The notes under the pieces are model-generated. The model worked only from the letters and a program-made list of their open reading frames with translations. It did not search any database and was not told where the DNA came from. Positions 10,931-25,176 of a stretch of DNA of 64,000 nucleotides are shown here, piece by piece (positions within the stretch are counted from its first letter, which is position 1; the number at the start of each line of letters is the position of its first letter). Source of the stretch: Octopus sinensis (Eukaryota); assembly GCF_006345805.1 (NCBI RefSeq), contig NW_021832272.1, positions 8,746 to 72,745 on the forward strand. Direction: 5' to 3'. A program made the translations under genes and the position numbers.

Positions 10931-11184
10931 TCTCTCTCTTCTGTAACTGTCTTTTCGCAAGGGAGATAACTTTAAATTGTATATGAATTATTTCCCTTGC
11001 ATCATTTGCTCTTTGTGTTTTAGAATTATTTTTTTAACGTCTATTTTGTACGTGAAGTCGGTAAGTAGGGCTGCTTCTTTATGTTTTGAAGACGACCACA
11101 AGCAGCTTTATCAGTGAGGTGATGGCGAGAGCAGCTTTCCTATAATTACAGTACAACGTTCTCAATATTACACTGCGAATAAGG

Positions 11185-11580
11185 TGGCAAGTTGGCAGAA
11201 AGGTAAGCACGCCGGGCGAAATGCTTAGCCGTATTTCGTCTGTCTTTACGTTCTGAGTTCAAATTCCGCCGAGGTCGACTTTGCCTTCATCCTTTCGGAG
11301 TCGATTAAATAAGTACCAGTTGCGCACTGGGTCGATATAATCGACTTAATTCGTTTGTCTGTCCTTGTTTGTCCTCTCTGTGTTTAGCCCCTTGTGGGTA
11401 GTAAAGAAATAGAAATAGGTATTTCGTCTGACTTTGTGTTCTGAGTTCAAATTCCGCCGAGGTCGACTTTGCCTTTCATAATTTCGGAGTCGATAAATTA
11501 AGTACCAGTTGCGTACTGGGGTCGATCTAATCGACTGGCCTCCTCCCCCAAAATTTCGACCTTTGTACCTAGAATAGAAC
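11185..11580 (+). mobile_element. Two adjacent SINE family B copies with different tails
   Basis: B head and Meta-like domain twice (11185-11410, 11420-11580). Confidence 0.85.
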
Positions 11581-11756
11581 AGAATATTACACCGCGAATG
11601 GATGGTGCATCGGTAGGTTTGGTTGAACAGCAACACCAAATACTTCGCCATAATTAGTTACCACGCCGTTTTATTTATTTATTTATTTAGTTAGTTAGTT
11701 CGTTCAAATCGCACAGAAATCAGCTTTACTTTTCAACCTTCTGAGGTCGATAATCG

Positions 11757-11890
11757 AAAATTTTCACCATGAATTTTTCGAAAATTTTACCCAAAAATTT
11801 TTCTAAAATTTTACCCAGAAAATTTTCGAAAATTTTCACCTAAAATTTTACCCAAAAATTTTCACCAGCAATTTTTCGAAAATTTTACCC
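11757..11890. repeat. AAAATTTT-based minisatellite
   Basis: Nine AAAATTTT octamers spaced 10-14 bp, with two 24-bp gaps. Confidence 0.85.
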
Positions 11891-12148
11891 AAAAACCCTC
11901 TACTAATCTACTTAATACTACTTGTGCCATACATAACATGCCACCAATATCACGCCTCACCTCACACAGAAATCTCGTTTATTATCTTTATAATGGAATG
12001 GAAGATTTAAGATACCTGTGGAGTATCTCCTTCTCCCATTATAATTATTTTGTAGTTTCAAAGGTCTGGAACACGAAGAAGACAAAAATTCGCATGAGTC
12101 TCAGTTCATACAGCAAATTACTCGTACTGTGAGGTTCTACTGTATATT

Positions 12149-12202
<54 letters not shown>

Positions 12203-12214
12203 TATATATATATA

Positions 12215-12415
12215 TGACCGCGTGTGTACCGTTGGAGATTTTTTTTCCTCTGTCTTCCCTTCTCTGGATCTTTCCTTCTCCTATGTTTCCGACGAAGAGC
12301 TCCGCTCAAAACGTTAAACCCTCCTTCTTCCTTCTTTCCTGAGCGTCCAATAATACTATATTTTTCCACGTCCTCGCGTTGTTGTGTTTCTCTTTGTGTT
12401 TTCATGTTGGATTAA
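12215..12415 (+). mobile_element. Short hammerhead-bearing element, copy 1 (core mutated)
   Basis: Homologous to the 28.3 and 40.1 kb copies; GUUU-CCGACGA-A-GAGC-UCC-GCUC-AAA-ACGU-U-AAAC at 12285-12319. Confidence 0.75.
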
Positions 12416-12418
12416 CTT

Positions 12419-12514
<96 letters not shown>

Positions 12515-12519
12515 ATATG

Positions 12520-12569
<50 letters not shown>

Positions 12570-13309
12570 TATATATATATGTATATATATATACTTGAAC
12601 AAAACTTGACTTAAATAGGATTCGAATAATCCTACCAGGTGGTGCTATTAAGTTAGACATGGCCTGGACCAATCTTTGGTCGAACATATCTAAGTTTATC
12701 TAAGTTTATATATATATGTATATGTATATATATATATGTATATGTATACTATTATATGTATTATATATATATATATATGTATAATGTATATATTATGTAT
12801 AGGTATATATCTTATTATATATATATATATATGTATATGTATATATATATATATGTATATATATATATGTATATATATATATGTATATGTATATATATAT
12901 GTATATGTATATGTATATGTATATATATATATATGTATATATATATATGTATAAATATATGTATATATATATACATTTTATATATATATATACATTTATA
13001 TAATATATAATATCAATTCAGTTAAAAATGGAGGAGACAAGTTGTTAAAATATATAAGTTTAAGCTTCTTATATATTTTACAACTTGTTTCCTCCATGAT
13101 GAGTTTTATGAGAATTCATTCCATAAATTCATCATATATTATAGACAAGTTCTGCTTTCATATCTTCACAAATTTACACCTGTGAACTCCCAGCAAAGTA
13201 TGAAGAATCAATATCAGAAATCTTTTTTGGAAACCTCCAAAATTAAAGGACGAATCCACATTCAACCTTTATACACCTATATACATTTATATATATATAT
13301 GTTCATATA

Positions 13310-13530
13310 CATGTCCTGTACCAGTGACATGTAAAAGGCACCTGTGATGGTGACACATGAAAGGCACTTGTGCCAGTGGCATGTTAAAGATGCATGGTAC
13401 ACTCAGTGGAGTGGTTGGTGTAAGCCACACCAAACAGGAGCCTGGTGAAGATCCTCTGGCTTACCATTTCCTATCAAACCATCTAATCCGTTCCCACATG
13501 GAAAACTGGCTCTAAATGACGATGATAATC
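13310..13530 (+). mobile_element. Old RTE-type 3' UTR fragment
   Basis: ccagtgacatgtaaaaggcacc...cactcagtggagtggttgg, as at 61.8 kb. Confidence 0.55.
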
Positions 13531-13571
13531 ACACACACGCACGTATGCACACATGCATACACACACACACA

Positions 13572-13612
<41 letters not shown>

Positions 13613-14033
13613 CACACACAGAGTGACACACACTTATATATAACCCAATAACCCAGTATGCATGTAACAGTTTTGTTATTGGGTTACAAGGTGGCGTTGG
13701 TAGAGCTTTTGATGAAGGTGGTGGTGGTCATGGTGGGAGTGGCTGTGGTGAGAGTATTAACAGCAATAATGGAATTAGCGGTAGCAGTAAAATTGTTACA
13801 GATGCATTATTTTTTTATATTGTTGTTGCCGTTGTTGTCGTTAATTCATTGAAGTGGTTTGTGTCATTATTACAGTCATAGTTAATTAGTAAACTGTAAT
13901 CTACTTAAAACTGTTTACTAAGGAGAATAAAGTTAGTTAGCTTTTGCTGTAACAGCAACATTAGCAGCAGCAGTAGTAGTAGTAGTAGTAGTAGTAGTAG
14001 TTAGTAGTAGTAGTGGTGGTGGTAGTAGTACTG

Positions 14034-14079
<46 letters not shown>

Positions 14080-14457
14080 CAGCAGTAGTAGCAATAGTAG
14101 TAGTAGTAGTAGTAATAATCTGAGATTATAATAAATATATTATATATATGTAATACATATATGTATGTATATGGACATCATTGCACATGTATATATCTGT
14201 GCATGTACGCGTGTGCGTCTATATATATACACATATACACAAACACACACACAGAGGGTGATCATCATCCTCATCATCATCACCACCATCAGCATCATCG
14301 TCATCATATAAACTAACCGTTTAACCCAGTATGGTGATTACTGTTCATCTTTGCTTTCAAATCTCCAAGTTTTTTTTCCTAACCAACTCGAAATGTTCTT
14401 AACTTGTTTAATCTTCTGCTTTGTTTATTTGATACAGACTTAGAGGTGGTGCCTGTT

Positions 14458-14503
<46 letters not shown>

Positions 14504-14573
14504 TGTATGCACCCACATCCACCACATATACAAAAACATGAATGACTCTGCATGTTGTGTGTGTGCATGTATG

Positions 14574-14613
<40 letters not shown>

Positions 14614-15219
14614 CGCTAACTTGTCATGCCTAGTCGATCCTTTGTGTTTTTGTGTTTTATTTACCTTGTTTAAAAAATTATTTACTTTGTATTCTTGTGT
14701 TTTATTTACTTTGCTAGGTAGTCGTTGTAGGATCGACTAGTCACGACTAGCTAGCGCCGATGCACGACTACGCGAGTGCGCGCATCGGGACCACTGTTCT
14801 CAAGTAGTACCCCCACATTCGCCAAAAATAATTTATACATACACGCACACACGCACGCACGCAAAAAAAGGTTCATATACACGTCTATATAAGCACATAC
14901 ACGCATGCATACACTAACATACGTCTATATGCGCGCATACCCGCGCACACTCACACATCCACACGCACGCACAAAAAGTTTCATATACACGTCTATATAC
15001 GCAGAGGAAAAATGCAGGGTAGAAGGTAAAATACAGAAAAAATATGTGTAAACATTTATATGAGCAATAAAACTATAAAACAATATCTCTATAAATATGT
15101 AAAAAAAATATATAAAAAATATATAAGAAATATAAGTAAAAAGTATAGAGAGATAAAAAGCTTGTACGTAGACACAATATAAAAAGCAAGTCCTATCTGT
15201 GATCTCGTGGAGACCAAAA

Positions 15220-15540
15220 ACGTAACAAATATTTAGCCATATGTGGACATGATCTGAAAAGTTCAGTTCTTGAATTTAGACATGTGGCGAGTCTAAGCTG
15301 CTTTTCCAGATGAGCCATCTTTCCATATCACAAAGACCGCACTTTCCACTGCCGTTAGTTTAGGGCTTACACTTGGCTAAGATCTCCATTGATGTTGTAA
15401 CTGACACCTTTATCTTTTAAGGATCATATATGACTGGATAGTTTGGTCGTTTTCCTTTTATCCCAGTACCTGAAGCCCAAGGTATGATTATTGAACCTGG
15501 CCTTGAAATTACCCTCTGTAAGGCCCATGTGTGTGTTTCA
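15220..15540 (-). pseudogene. Decayed PLE GIY-YIG endonuclease C-terminus
   Basis: Minus strand reads MGLTEGNFKARFNNHTLGFR..TTKLSSHI*SLKDKG, then EILAKCKP*TNGSGKCGLCDMER and CLNSRTELFRSCPHMAKYLL across frameshifts. Confidence 0.85.
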
Positions 15541-15764
15541 AGTGAGGGTGGATGAGTATATATACGTGGGTTTCCGGGCGCGCATGTGTATGTATGGACA
15601 TGCGCGCTTACGTGATTGCTATGAACTTTTTTACTCCCTTACCTTTACTCCCTCCCCTTACTTAGCGGTCATTCTAATAGCTCTTTGTCTTAATAACGGT
15701 CAATCATACAGTAATTTCCTTTTGTTTAACGATCATTTTCATAGCATTTTTTTTTTGATGGTCC

Positions 15765-15830
15765 GATAACTGAAGAGATGCCATGCCGGCGTGGATTTGC
15801 ACCCCGACATCCGAAACTCGGAGTTTTATC
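15765..15830 (+). ncRNA. Type I hammerhead ribozyme motif, canonical core
   Basis: GAUAA-CUGAAGA-GAUG...CAUC-C-GAA-AC-UCGGA-GU-U-UUAUC: 5-bp helix I, GUU cleavage triplet. Confidence 0.75.
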
Positions 15831-15894
15831 ATGGCTACCGACTAATTGTCACATATTATATTTACAGATAAATTCATATATATATATATATATG

Positions 15895-16090
15895 TAGGGA
15901 GCGTTTCTCAAAAAAACAAAAGACGAAGACAGGTGGTGTACAAAACAAACAGATGTATTAGTATAACGCTCAGGAATAGAAAAAGTCTTTTACGTTTCGA
16001 GCCTACGCTCTTCTACAGAAAGGGACACAGAGAAAAAACAAAGAGAGAAAAAAATGTGTGTAGTGGCTAACTATCTATCATGGCGACTGA
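15895..16090 (-). mobile_element. Sister short hammerhead-like element
   Basis: 15987-16022 on the minus strand reads CUUU-CUGUAGA-A-GAGC-GUAG-GCUC-GAA-ACGU-A-AAAG; shares downstream cctgagcgt with the 12/40 kb copies. Confidence 0.65.
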
Positions 16091-16111
16091 CAATATGTTT
16101 ATATTTGTATT

Positions 16112-16143
<32 letters not shown>

Positions 16144-16419
16144 TGTATGTATGTATGTATGTATGTATATGCGCATAGGAAAGACAGAGTCAAGTAATAT
16201 TCAGCTTGTGATAGTCTTGTGGAACATGAGTAATGGTTGGCTGCCAGCTTCCTTTCTTCCTTTCAAGTTTTGTCAATCCTTTTGTTTTCCATAGTCTGGG
16301 TTTGTTCCACAGGTCGCCGGGTCTCCGGGGTCTCAGTTCACTTTTTGCTTATAAAACTCCACTCACACAAGGCATTAGAAGCTACAGAAAAAAAAAGACC
16401 CTAGTCTCTCCTAAAGGGA

Positions 16420-16829
16420 TTGTGGTGGTGGTGGTTGTGGGAGGGGTTTTGTGGTTGAAGTAGGACAGAGAAGTTGGTAAAGAAGATAATAGAAGATATG
16501 ATGGTGTGGTGGTGGTGGTTTTGGCGGCGACGGCGGCGGTGGGGTCGGTTTTGGCGGTGGTGGTGGTGGAGGTTGTCGTTGTGGTGGTGGAATTGACGAT
16601 GTGATTGAGATAGCGGAAGTGGTGGCAGTGTTGGTGCTGGTTGTGGTGGTGGACTGTCCATGTTGATACGAGTGTGGTGTCCACCTGGGTGTGAAGATTA
16701 GCGAAGAGGTTTGAAGGTAATGTATGTGTGAAGAGAAAGAGAGAGAGAGAGAAGGGGACTTGTTTAAGAGTACAATGTCATCAGAATGTTGATAGCATTA
16801 CAACACACACACACTCACAGACACACACA

Positions 16830-16880
<51 letters not shown>

Positions 16881-17086
16881 TCTCTCTCCCTCTCATACAC
16901 ACACACCATACGTATGTGCCATTATTAATCACCATTACAGGACACCATCACCAGTAACTTCACCATTATTGCCACAATATTCCAGTCGTCGTCGTCATCA
17001 TGTTCATCATCATCGTCATCGTCATGAAAATCTCCGCCACCGACACCACCACTCTCACTACCGCCACAATCACCACAATCACCACC

Positions 17087-17118
<32 letters not shown>

Positions 17119-18000
17119 CAACACAAAGACAACCACCATTGTCATTTTCACCACTACAATAACAACAACAACGTCATCACCATCACCGTCATCACCATCA
17201 TCGACATCATCATCATTATCATAAGCATCGTCATTGACATCAAATTCGTAAACATTATAAGCATCACTATCACCAGCACCTTTTTCTGTCGTCATCATCA
17301 TCATCACCATCATCCTCATCGTTATTATCGCCATACACTTTCACCATCACCACCCGACACATGTACTCTTTCTACACTGTACACACACAAAACACACACA
17401 CACACACACACACAAAACCACACACACACACACACTTACACTAACACGTTCTCCCCATCCACACACATACGCTAATGCCGACACACAGACATACACATTA
17501 CTCCCACTACACACATACTGATACACACATGCATATTTATACCACACACACACACACACACACACACATTACCCCCTTTACACATATACACATACAAACA
17601 CCCGTTACCCACCCCCATACACTTCAATATACGCACACAACTCTAGACGTACACTCACGCGCGCGCGCACATACACTACTTCTCTACACATACTTTTATA
17701 CACACACTACTTCTACACACACACACACACTCATACATACACATCCCCCACACACACAACACACCTATATACACATTCATATACATTCTTTTTCACAGAG
17801 AGATGCGCTCCTACATACACACAAACACGCACGCTCACACACATACAGTCACTCACGCACACACATACATTGTTCCTTCTACACACACACACACACAACA
17901 CTCTCACACACATACACTCACACACACATACACTCACACACACACACACACACGCACTCATACTCATACACACCCTACCCCCTCTACACCTTGCCCAGAG
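16420..18000. repeat. Compound triplet, (CT)n and (CA)n microsatellite block
   Basis: GGT/CAC/CAT arrays followed by degenerate CA repeats. Confidence 0.9.
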
Positions 18001-18793
18001 TATAGATTACTCGACACAAATCCACCCCCAGACACCCTCTTCACCACAGGCCTCCGCCTTACTCCTTCCTTTCTACCCGGGGTACTGTCACATAACGTAC
18101 CACAACACTAACACATTACACACCCCGTTTCTACCCGTTTCTAACATCCGTTACGGCCATTACATCTTACCTCACCCTCCCCTCAAAATTTGCTTTCTAT
18201 CTCTGTCAACTGCCAATCCCGTTTCATGTTCCACCCGCTTTTATCTCCTACCCCCAACCCTTTATCTCTACCACCCTACCTTCTACCCCGTTCATGCTCT
18301 CCACCCTTTTCCTGTCTTCTATTACTATTTTTATCTATTGTTTCTTCAATTCTCTTTTTCTTGTCTCTCTGTCTCTCTCTCTCTCCCTCTCGTTTGATTG
18401 CCAAAGGTCTTTTACCGATATGTGTGTGTGTGTGTGTCTCTGTCAGTCTGTTTAGATATATGATGTGTGAGTGTGTATATATCTATATATGTTTTTATGC
18501 TCTCTTCTATTTTTAACTATTTGGAGTCTTCCTGTAAGGAAAGAGTTGCTTTTTAACAAAGATACAAAGCGCCATCGTTGGAATGTTGATAACAAAAACA
18601 ATACGACACGTTGAACTCGAGAAAAGTCTTGCATAGTTTTATTGTTTCGCTTACAGATTGTACTCGTAATGTGCGAATTAAGTGGTTGATTTGTTTTGCT
18701 GCAAACTCTAGCCTTTTCGGATTGTCACATCGACATTTACCCCAAAATCCATGTGCATCAATTATTATTGGTATAAATGAGAATTTATTCCTA

Positions 18794-19550
<757 letters not shown>

Positions 19551-19579
19551 GTAAAGAGACTAGGTTTAGAATGTGAAGG

Positions 19580-20060
19580 TTAAGAAGCAGTTGTCCATAG
19601 TCATCTTCTTTCTCTTAGATTTTCTAAGAGATATTCACTTCAGCTGGGCAGCTGACCTCTATAATGGTACATACTTTTCGTTGTTTGTCCCAAACAGCGA
19701 AAATCCAGCCTGTTATCTTTTCATTTGGTAAAAATTTCGATGGGAATCTTCCGTCACCATTCCTCGTTTTCGTGGTGTGCATTCAATAACAAACGGGATC
19801 CCTTGTATTTATCCCGGGACAGATTTTGTTTTTCAGATGGCATTGTATAGTGTTTTAGCAACGGCGTCATGTTGAATTCGGATGTTGTACCTTGGTGACA
19901 TTTTACGACAGCTGCTCGTCACACGCGTGATGTCCTCCACAGAAAGGTGACTAATCAACATTTTCGATTGCATCTTGGACCTAGCTCTCCCGCTCTTTGA
20001 TTGCAAATGCACAACTTTTGAAGTTTGATTCGATGTGGCGGTCACGAATCAAAGAAATGT
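19580..20060 (-). pseudogene. R4/Dong-like non-LTR retrotransposon, CCHC/RLE region
   Basis: EDITRVTSSCRKMSPRYNIRIQHDAVAKTLYNAI resembles the C-terminal zinc-knuckle/RHD motif of this clade. Confidence 0.6.
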
Positions 20061-20190
20061 GGATATTTGCCATCTTCTAGCCTTCACCCATGCATCGTAC
20101 TTTTGTGTTTTTTTTTTGTTTTTGGTATGTTGAGTGTTTCGTATCTAGCTCTTCTTTGAGGTATTGTAGTAGTATAATATATATATATAT

Positions 20191-20221
<31 letters not shown>

Positions 20222-20271
20222 ATATATATATATATATACATACACACGCACATCCTTTATTGCTATATTAA

Positions 20272-20830
20272 TACAGAGTGTTCACACGTAACACAAAAAG
20301 AATAACTTTTACATGAAACAATATATGTTACAGGTACAAGAGATCTTCATCTGAAATTCACATTTAGGCTGATTTTTGTACTCGATGCATATTCTTGTTG
20401 CCATGTTGTCGTGGTATGTTTCAACCGGGTTGAATATTTAGATGTGAGAACTGCTATTAGTGAAAGTCGCACTGGGATGAGTATGTAGCTGTGAAAACAG
20501 CTATTAGTGTGAGCGAAATTCACCAAGGACCGAACTCATTCGTGGTCCGAATTCATTCCGGCTTTTTCGCACTAAAACCAGCAGCAAGTTCTAGTCATTG
20601 CCGCCAGACTATCACGTGGACAAAGAACGCTGACTGGACAGAAAAGGGATCTGCAAGCACGATAAACTCGTGTTCTACATGTAGCCAAAAGCGGGGTCGA
20701 AATTAACCGTTATAGTATGTTAGCCCAGCTGTTTTGGGGTTGTAATGGAGGTCGTCAGGAAGAAAGTGCTTCGTAAAAAGTTCTCTTCCGATACGTCAGC
20801 TGTTGTTCTCTTCGCTTTGCAACACTTAAG
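20272..20830. mobile_element. Possible decayed Tc1/mariner-like DNA transposon
   Basis: Begins TA+CAGAGTGTTC like Tc1/mariner TIRs; no partner TIR identified. Confidence 0.25.
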
Positions 20831-21499
20831 TTTCTGTATTTATTTGTGCTTCTATCATTTAGCAAGTGCCGTCTAAGAAAGAGACTCTACGACATCTTAA
20901 AGGCTGTCTGCACTGATCTCACAATTCCACCTCCTTCATTCCTTCTCAGGCAGACCCTCTCAACATCACTATTTCTGTGGAAGTTTCCGGTTGATGTTAG
21001 AATTTTGCAAGTTTTGATGTCTAAGTTGTGGATTTTCTCTCTACAGAGCAGTTAAGCATCTAAAGCATTGGTATCAGTGCTGGCACTGTAAATGCATTGT
21101 GGGATATTCCCATGTTCTGGCTGCCATATTTTTCTAAATATGGCATAATAACCCATAACCCTGCGAAACGTTCTGATACCGCAGAAGTTCAGAGTTACCA
21201 ACGACTCCACTCAGAAACTGTACTGCATCCTTTTACTTGTATGATTCTGGAGCGTCAGCTCAGGCTGGTTGGTCATGTTGCTTGATTTTTCGAATTGGAT
21301 CCTGATTATTATTCTCTGACAATCCAGTTGTGGCGATGGTTCGTGTTGGTCGGCCACATGTCACATGGTATCGTAAACAGATGTACCTATGTATGTATGT
21401 ATGTATGTATGTATGTATGTATGTATGTATGTATGTATGTACGCATCTATGTATGTGTATGTGTGTGTATCTGTGTATGGCTATCTGTTTGTGTGTGCA

Positions 21500-22579
21500 T
21501 GTGTGTCATCAACATCATAGTCGTCGTCGTCATTATCGTCATCATTGTCATCAACATCATCAACAGCAACAATACCAATGACTTCAACAGGTGTCACAGT
21601 AACATGAACAGCATCGGTTATCACCACCGCCACCACCATTATCAACACCACTACCACCACCACTACCACCGCCACCACCACTACCACCGCCACCACCACT
21701 ACCTTCACTACCACCACTACCACCTTCACCACCACCACCACCTTCACTACCACCACTACCACCACCACCACCACCACCTTCACTACCACCACTACCACCA
21801 CCACCACCACCACCACCACCTTCACTACCACCACCACCACCACCACCACCACCACCACCACCACCACCACCACCACCACCACCACCACCACCTTCACTAC
21901 CACCACCACCACCACCACCACCACCTTCACTACCACCACCACAACCACCACCACCTTCACCACCGCCGCCGCCGCCACTATAACCACCACCACCAACAAC
22001 AACACTCTTACCACCACCAACACTCTTACCACCACCACCACCACCACCCCACCACCTCCACTATAACCACCTCCACCACCACCACCACCTTCACCACCAC
22101 CACAGTCACTATAACCACCACCACCACCTTCACCACCACCGCCGCCACTGTAACCACCACCACCTCCATCACCAACACTCTTACCACCACCAGCAGTAAG
22201 TATCGTTGATGTAGTGATTGATAACAGTAAATGGTGATAATAATAATCCTTCATCGATACGATATCTTTAACCCGATTAACATAATTCCTCTCCAAATCT
22301 AGACACTCTCAGGGAGTTGCCATATTTTCTTTATTACTTAGTTGCTTCGATGCTAATACTGCCTCTTCTTCGTCTGTTTATTATTGTCATTATTGTTATT
22401 ATTATTATATTATTATTATTATTATTATTATTATGATTATTATTATTACTACTACTACTACTACTACTACTTCTATTACTACTATTATTATCATTGCATT
22501 TGCACAGCTTCTAACGCTGGAGATGTTCTACGGTGTCAGCTGTTCACTACCAGTTTTATTATTATTATTATTATTATTA

Positions 22580-22673
<94 letters not shown>

Positions 22674-22720
22674 TATTATTATCATTATTATTATCATTAT
22701 TATTATTATTATTATTATTA

Positions 22721-22754
<34 letters not shown>

Positions 22755-22830
22755 CATTATTATTATTATTATTATTATTATCATTATTATTATTATTATT
22801 GTTGTTGTTGTTGTTGTTGTCAACATCATT
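21500..22830. repeat. (TATG)n-adjacent (CAC/TAC)n and (ATT/ATC)n compound arrays
   Basis: Direct inspection. Confidence 0.95.
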
Positions 22831-23159
22831 TACGTTACTGTTGCCTTGTTTTACACGAGCTGTTCCAACCAAGTCTCACCCGAAGACCTCCAACGACAGC
22901 AAGTCGGACGTTTTTTCACATGGGTGCTATTTACGATTAGCAATAATGTGTCGTAGGAAAAGAAGACCAGATTCTGAGAATAGAGATTCTGGTAAATTTG
23001 TAATATTTCACTTTTGAAAGGGTGTTAAGAGAATCAAGTATTTTCAGGTCGACTGTTTTTCTTAGGATGTCGACAAAACCCACGAGAACAAGTTTTTGTA
23101 GATCTGATGCTTTCGGGTTTCCTTGCATTTGGCCATATTGCTTAAGAGTGCCATTTGAT

Positions 23160-23395
23160 ATCTATTTCTTTACTACCCATAAGGGGTTAAACACAGAGGG
23201 AACAAAGAAGGACAGACAAACGGATTAAGTCGATTACATCGACCCCAGTGCGCAACTGGTACTTAATTTATCGACCCCGAAAGGATGAAAGGCAAAGTCG
23301 ACCTCGGCGGAATTTGAACGCAGAACGTAACGGCAGACGAAATACGGTTACGCATTTCGCCCGGCGTGCTAACGTTTCTGCCAGCTCGCCGCCAT
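23160..23395 (-). mobile_element. SINE family B
   Basis: Reverse complement of the B consensus. Confidence 0.85.
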
Positions 23396-23419
23396 TTAAT
23401 ATTATCCCCCCCCCCCAAA

Positions 23420-24800
23420 GCACCGATGATCACAGGTGCAGCTGCTTTTCTTAGATGCCATATTTTTCAGACCTCTTTTGTAAGGTCCTTATATTAACTG
23501 AATTTTTTCAAATAAGTTTACGGAAGTGTTGTTGTCTGCTGGGATTGACATACGAGCTCAGATCATCAAGTACCAAGACTGGGGCTATAAAAAGGAAACG
23601 AAAACACATCTCCATTTTGGCATTTAGTCTCCATCTGAAGCCTCACACTTTATCCAGCGTCGTTTCCATTGTTGGAAGCATTCCTGGAACTCCTTTTTTC
23701 GGGATTGCGAAAAAACTGACCAAGACTATCATGGCGATTGATATATTCATTTGAGACTAAAATAGCGCATCCAGAGATGAGGAGGTCTATTGTTTCCTTG
23801 GTTGCACCACAAAAACAGCAGACAGGATCAGCACAAATTTTCAAGAATGCTTGTTTGGTAACCAATCTTTGATGGGTCATATTTGTATCTACATCCGGAT
23901 CGCTGGTCCTTGTATTTGTCTTGCAATGCCTCATTTTCCCATGTATTTCGCAACACTGAGGTTCCATTCGAGTTCACTTGTGTTTTATCTGTTTTTCTTC
24001 CACAATTATATGAGGAAACAAAGTCGATGGGGCACACCTGCGTTGGTATGCTGAAATGAAATTTATATCTTTTATCTGTTTCAATCATCAGACTGCGGCC
24101 AGGCTAGGGCACAGCCTTGAAGAATATTTTAGTCGAATGAATCGATCCTAGTACTTATTAGTTTTTGAAGCCTGGTACTTATTCTATCGGTCTCTTTTGC
24201 TGAACTGCTAACTGACGGGGACGTAAACAAACCAACACCGGTTGTCAAGCAATGGTGGTATACAAACACCGACACACACACACACACATACATACATACA
24301 TACATACATACATACATACATACATACATACGATGGGCTTCTTTCAGGTCAACCAAATCCACTCACAAGGCTTTGGTTGACCCGAGGTTATAGCTGAAGA
24401 CACTTGCCCAAGGTGCCACCTAAGCTGTACATGTTGTGTAGTTGCGCCGCCTCGGCCTTGTTGATCCTCAATTCCTATACATACTTATTTTTGCTTTTTC
24501 TGATATTGAGTACATCCTTTTGTGGAACTTTCATATTTGCAGACAAGTTCAAGCACCCAGTCATTGGTGTTCCTTAGATAGGCATCTGCCCCAATGGTTA
24601 CTGTCTTTAGAGACTTTTGCAGCTGCATCAGTCTACATCCTCCATCATTTCGTGGGATGCACAGTGTATGTACGTATGCCTTTGGGTGATGCGTGCAGAG
24701 CACCGTGAGGAGTTTGCGTATTTTTGTATCAGTTTTACAGATCTCACTGATGGACCATTCTATGATGTTAACGCTGTCGGTCACAACATGTATAGCATAG
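23420..24800 (-). pseudogene. R4/Dong-like LINE remnant split by an inverted duplication
   Basis: SISEICKTDTKIRKLL..TLCIPRNDGGCRL (24485-24784) and DPVCCFCGATKETIDLLISGCAILVSNEYINRHD (23650-23850). Confidence 0.75.
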
Positions 24801-25176
24801 GTGGCACCTAGGGCAAGTGTCTTCAGCTATAACCTCGGGTCAACCAAAGCCTTGTGAGTGGACTTGGTTGACCTGAAAGAAGCCAGTCGTATGTATGTAT
24901 GTATGAGTGTGTGTGTGTGTGTGTGTTTGTGTTGGTGTTTGTATATCACCACTGCTTGACAACTGGTGTTGGTTTGTTTACGTCCCCGTCAGTTAGCAGT
25001 TCAGCAAAAGAGACCGACAGAATAAGTACTAGGGTCGATTCATTCGACTAAAATATTCTTCAAGGCTGTGCCCTAGCCTGGCCATAATCTGATGATTGAA
25101 ACAGATAAACGATATAAATTTCATTTCAGCATACCAACGCAGGTGTGCCCCATCGACTTTGTTTCCTCATATAATT
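24004..25176. repeat. Local inverted duplication (24004-24438 / 24782-25176) containing a SINE A variant and TIR-like flank
   Basis: The arms are reverse complements, including non-SINE flanks. Confidence 0.9.

Noticed and set aside
15424-15426. In-frame TGA in the PLE endonuclease as selenocysteine
   Set aside because: It falls at a Trp-like position, and the remnant has other stops and frameshifts, so decay explains it.
22860-22992. Possible exon ending at CTG|GTAAAT (…RRKRRPDSENRDS)
   Set aside because: Weak acceptor, no homology and no partner exons.
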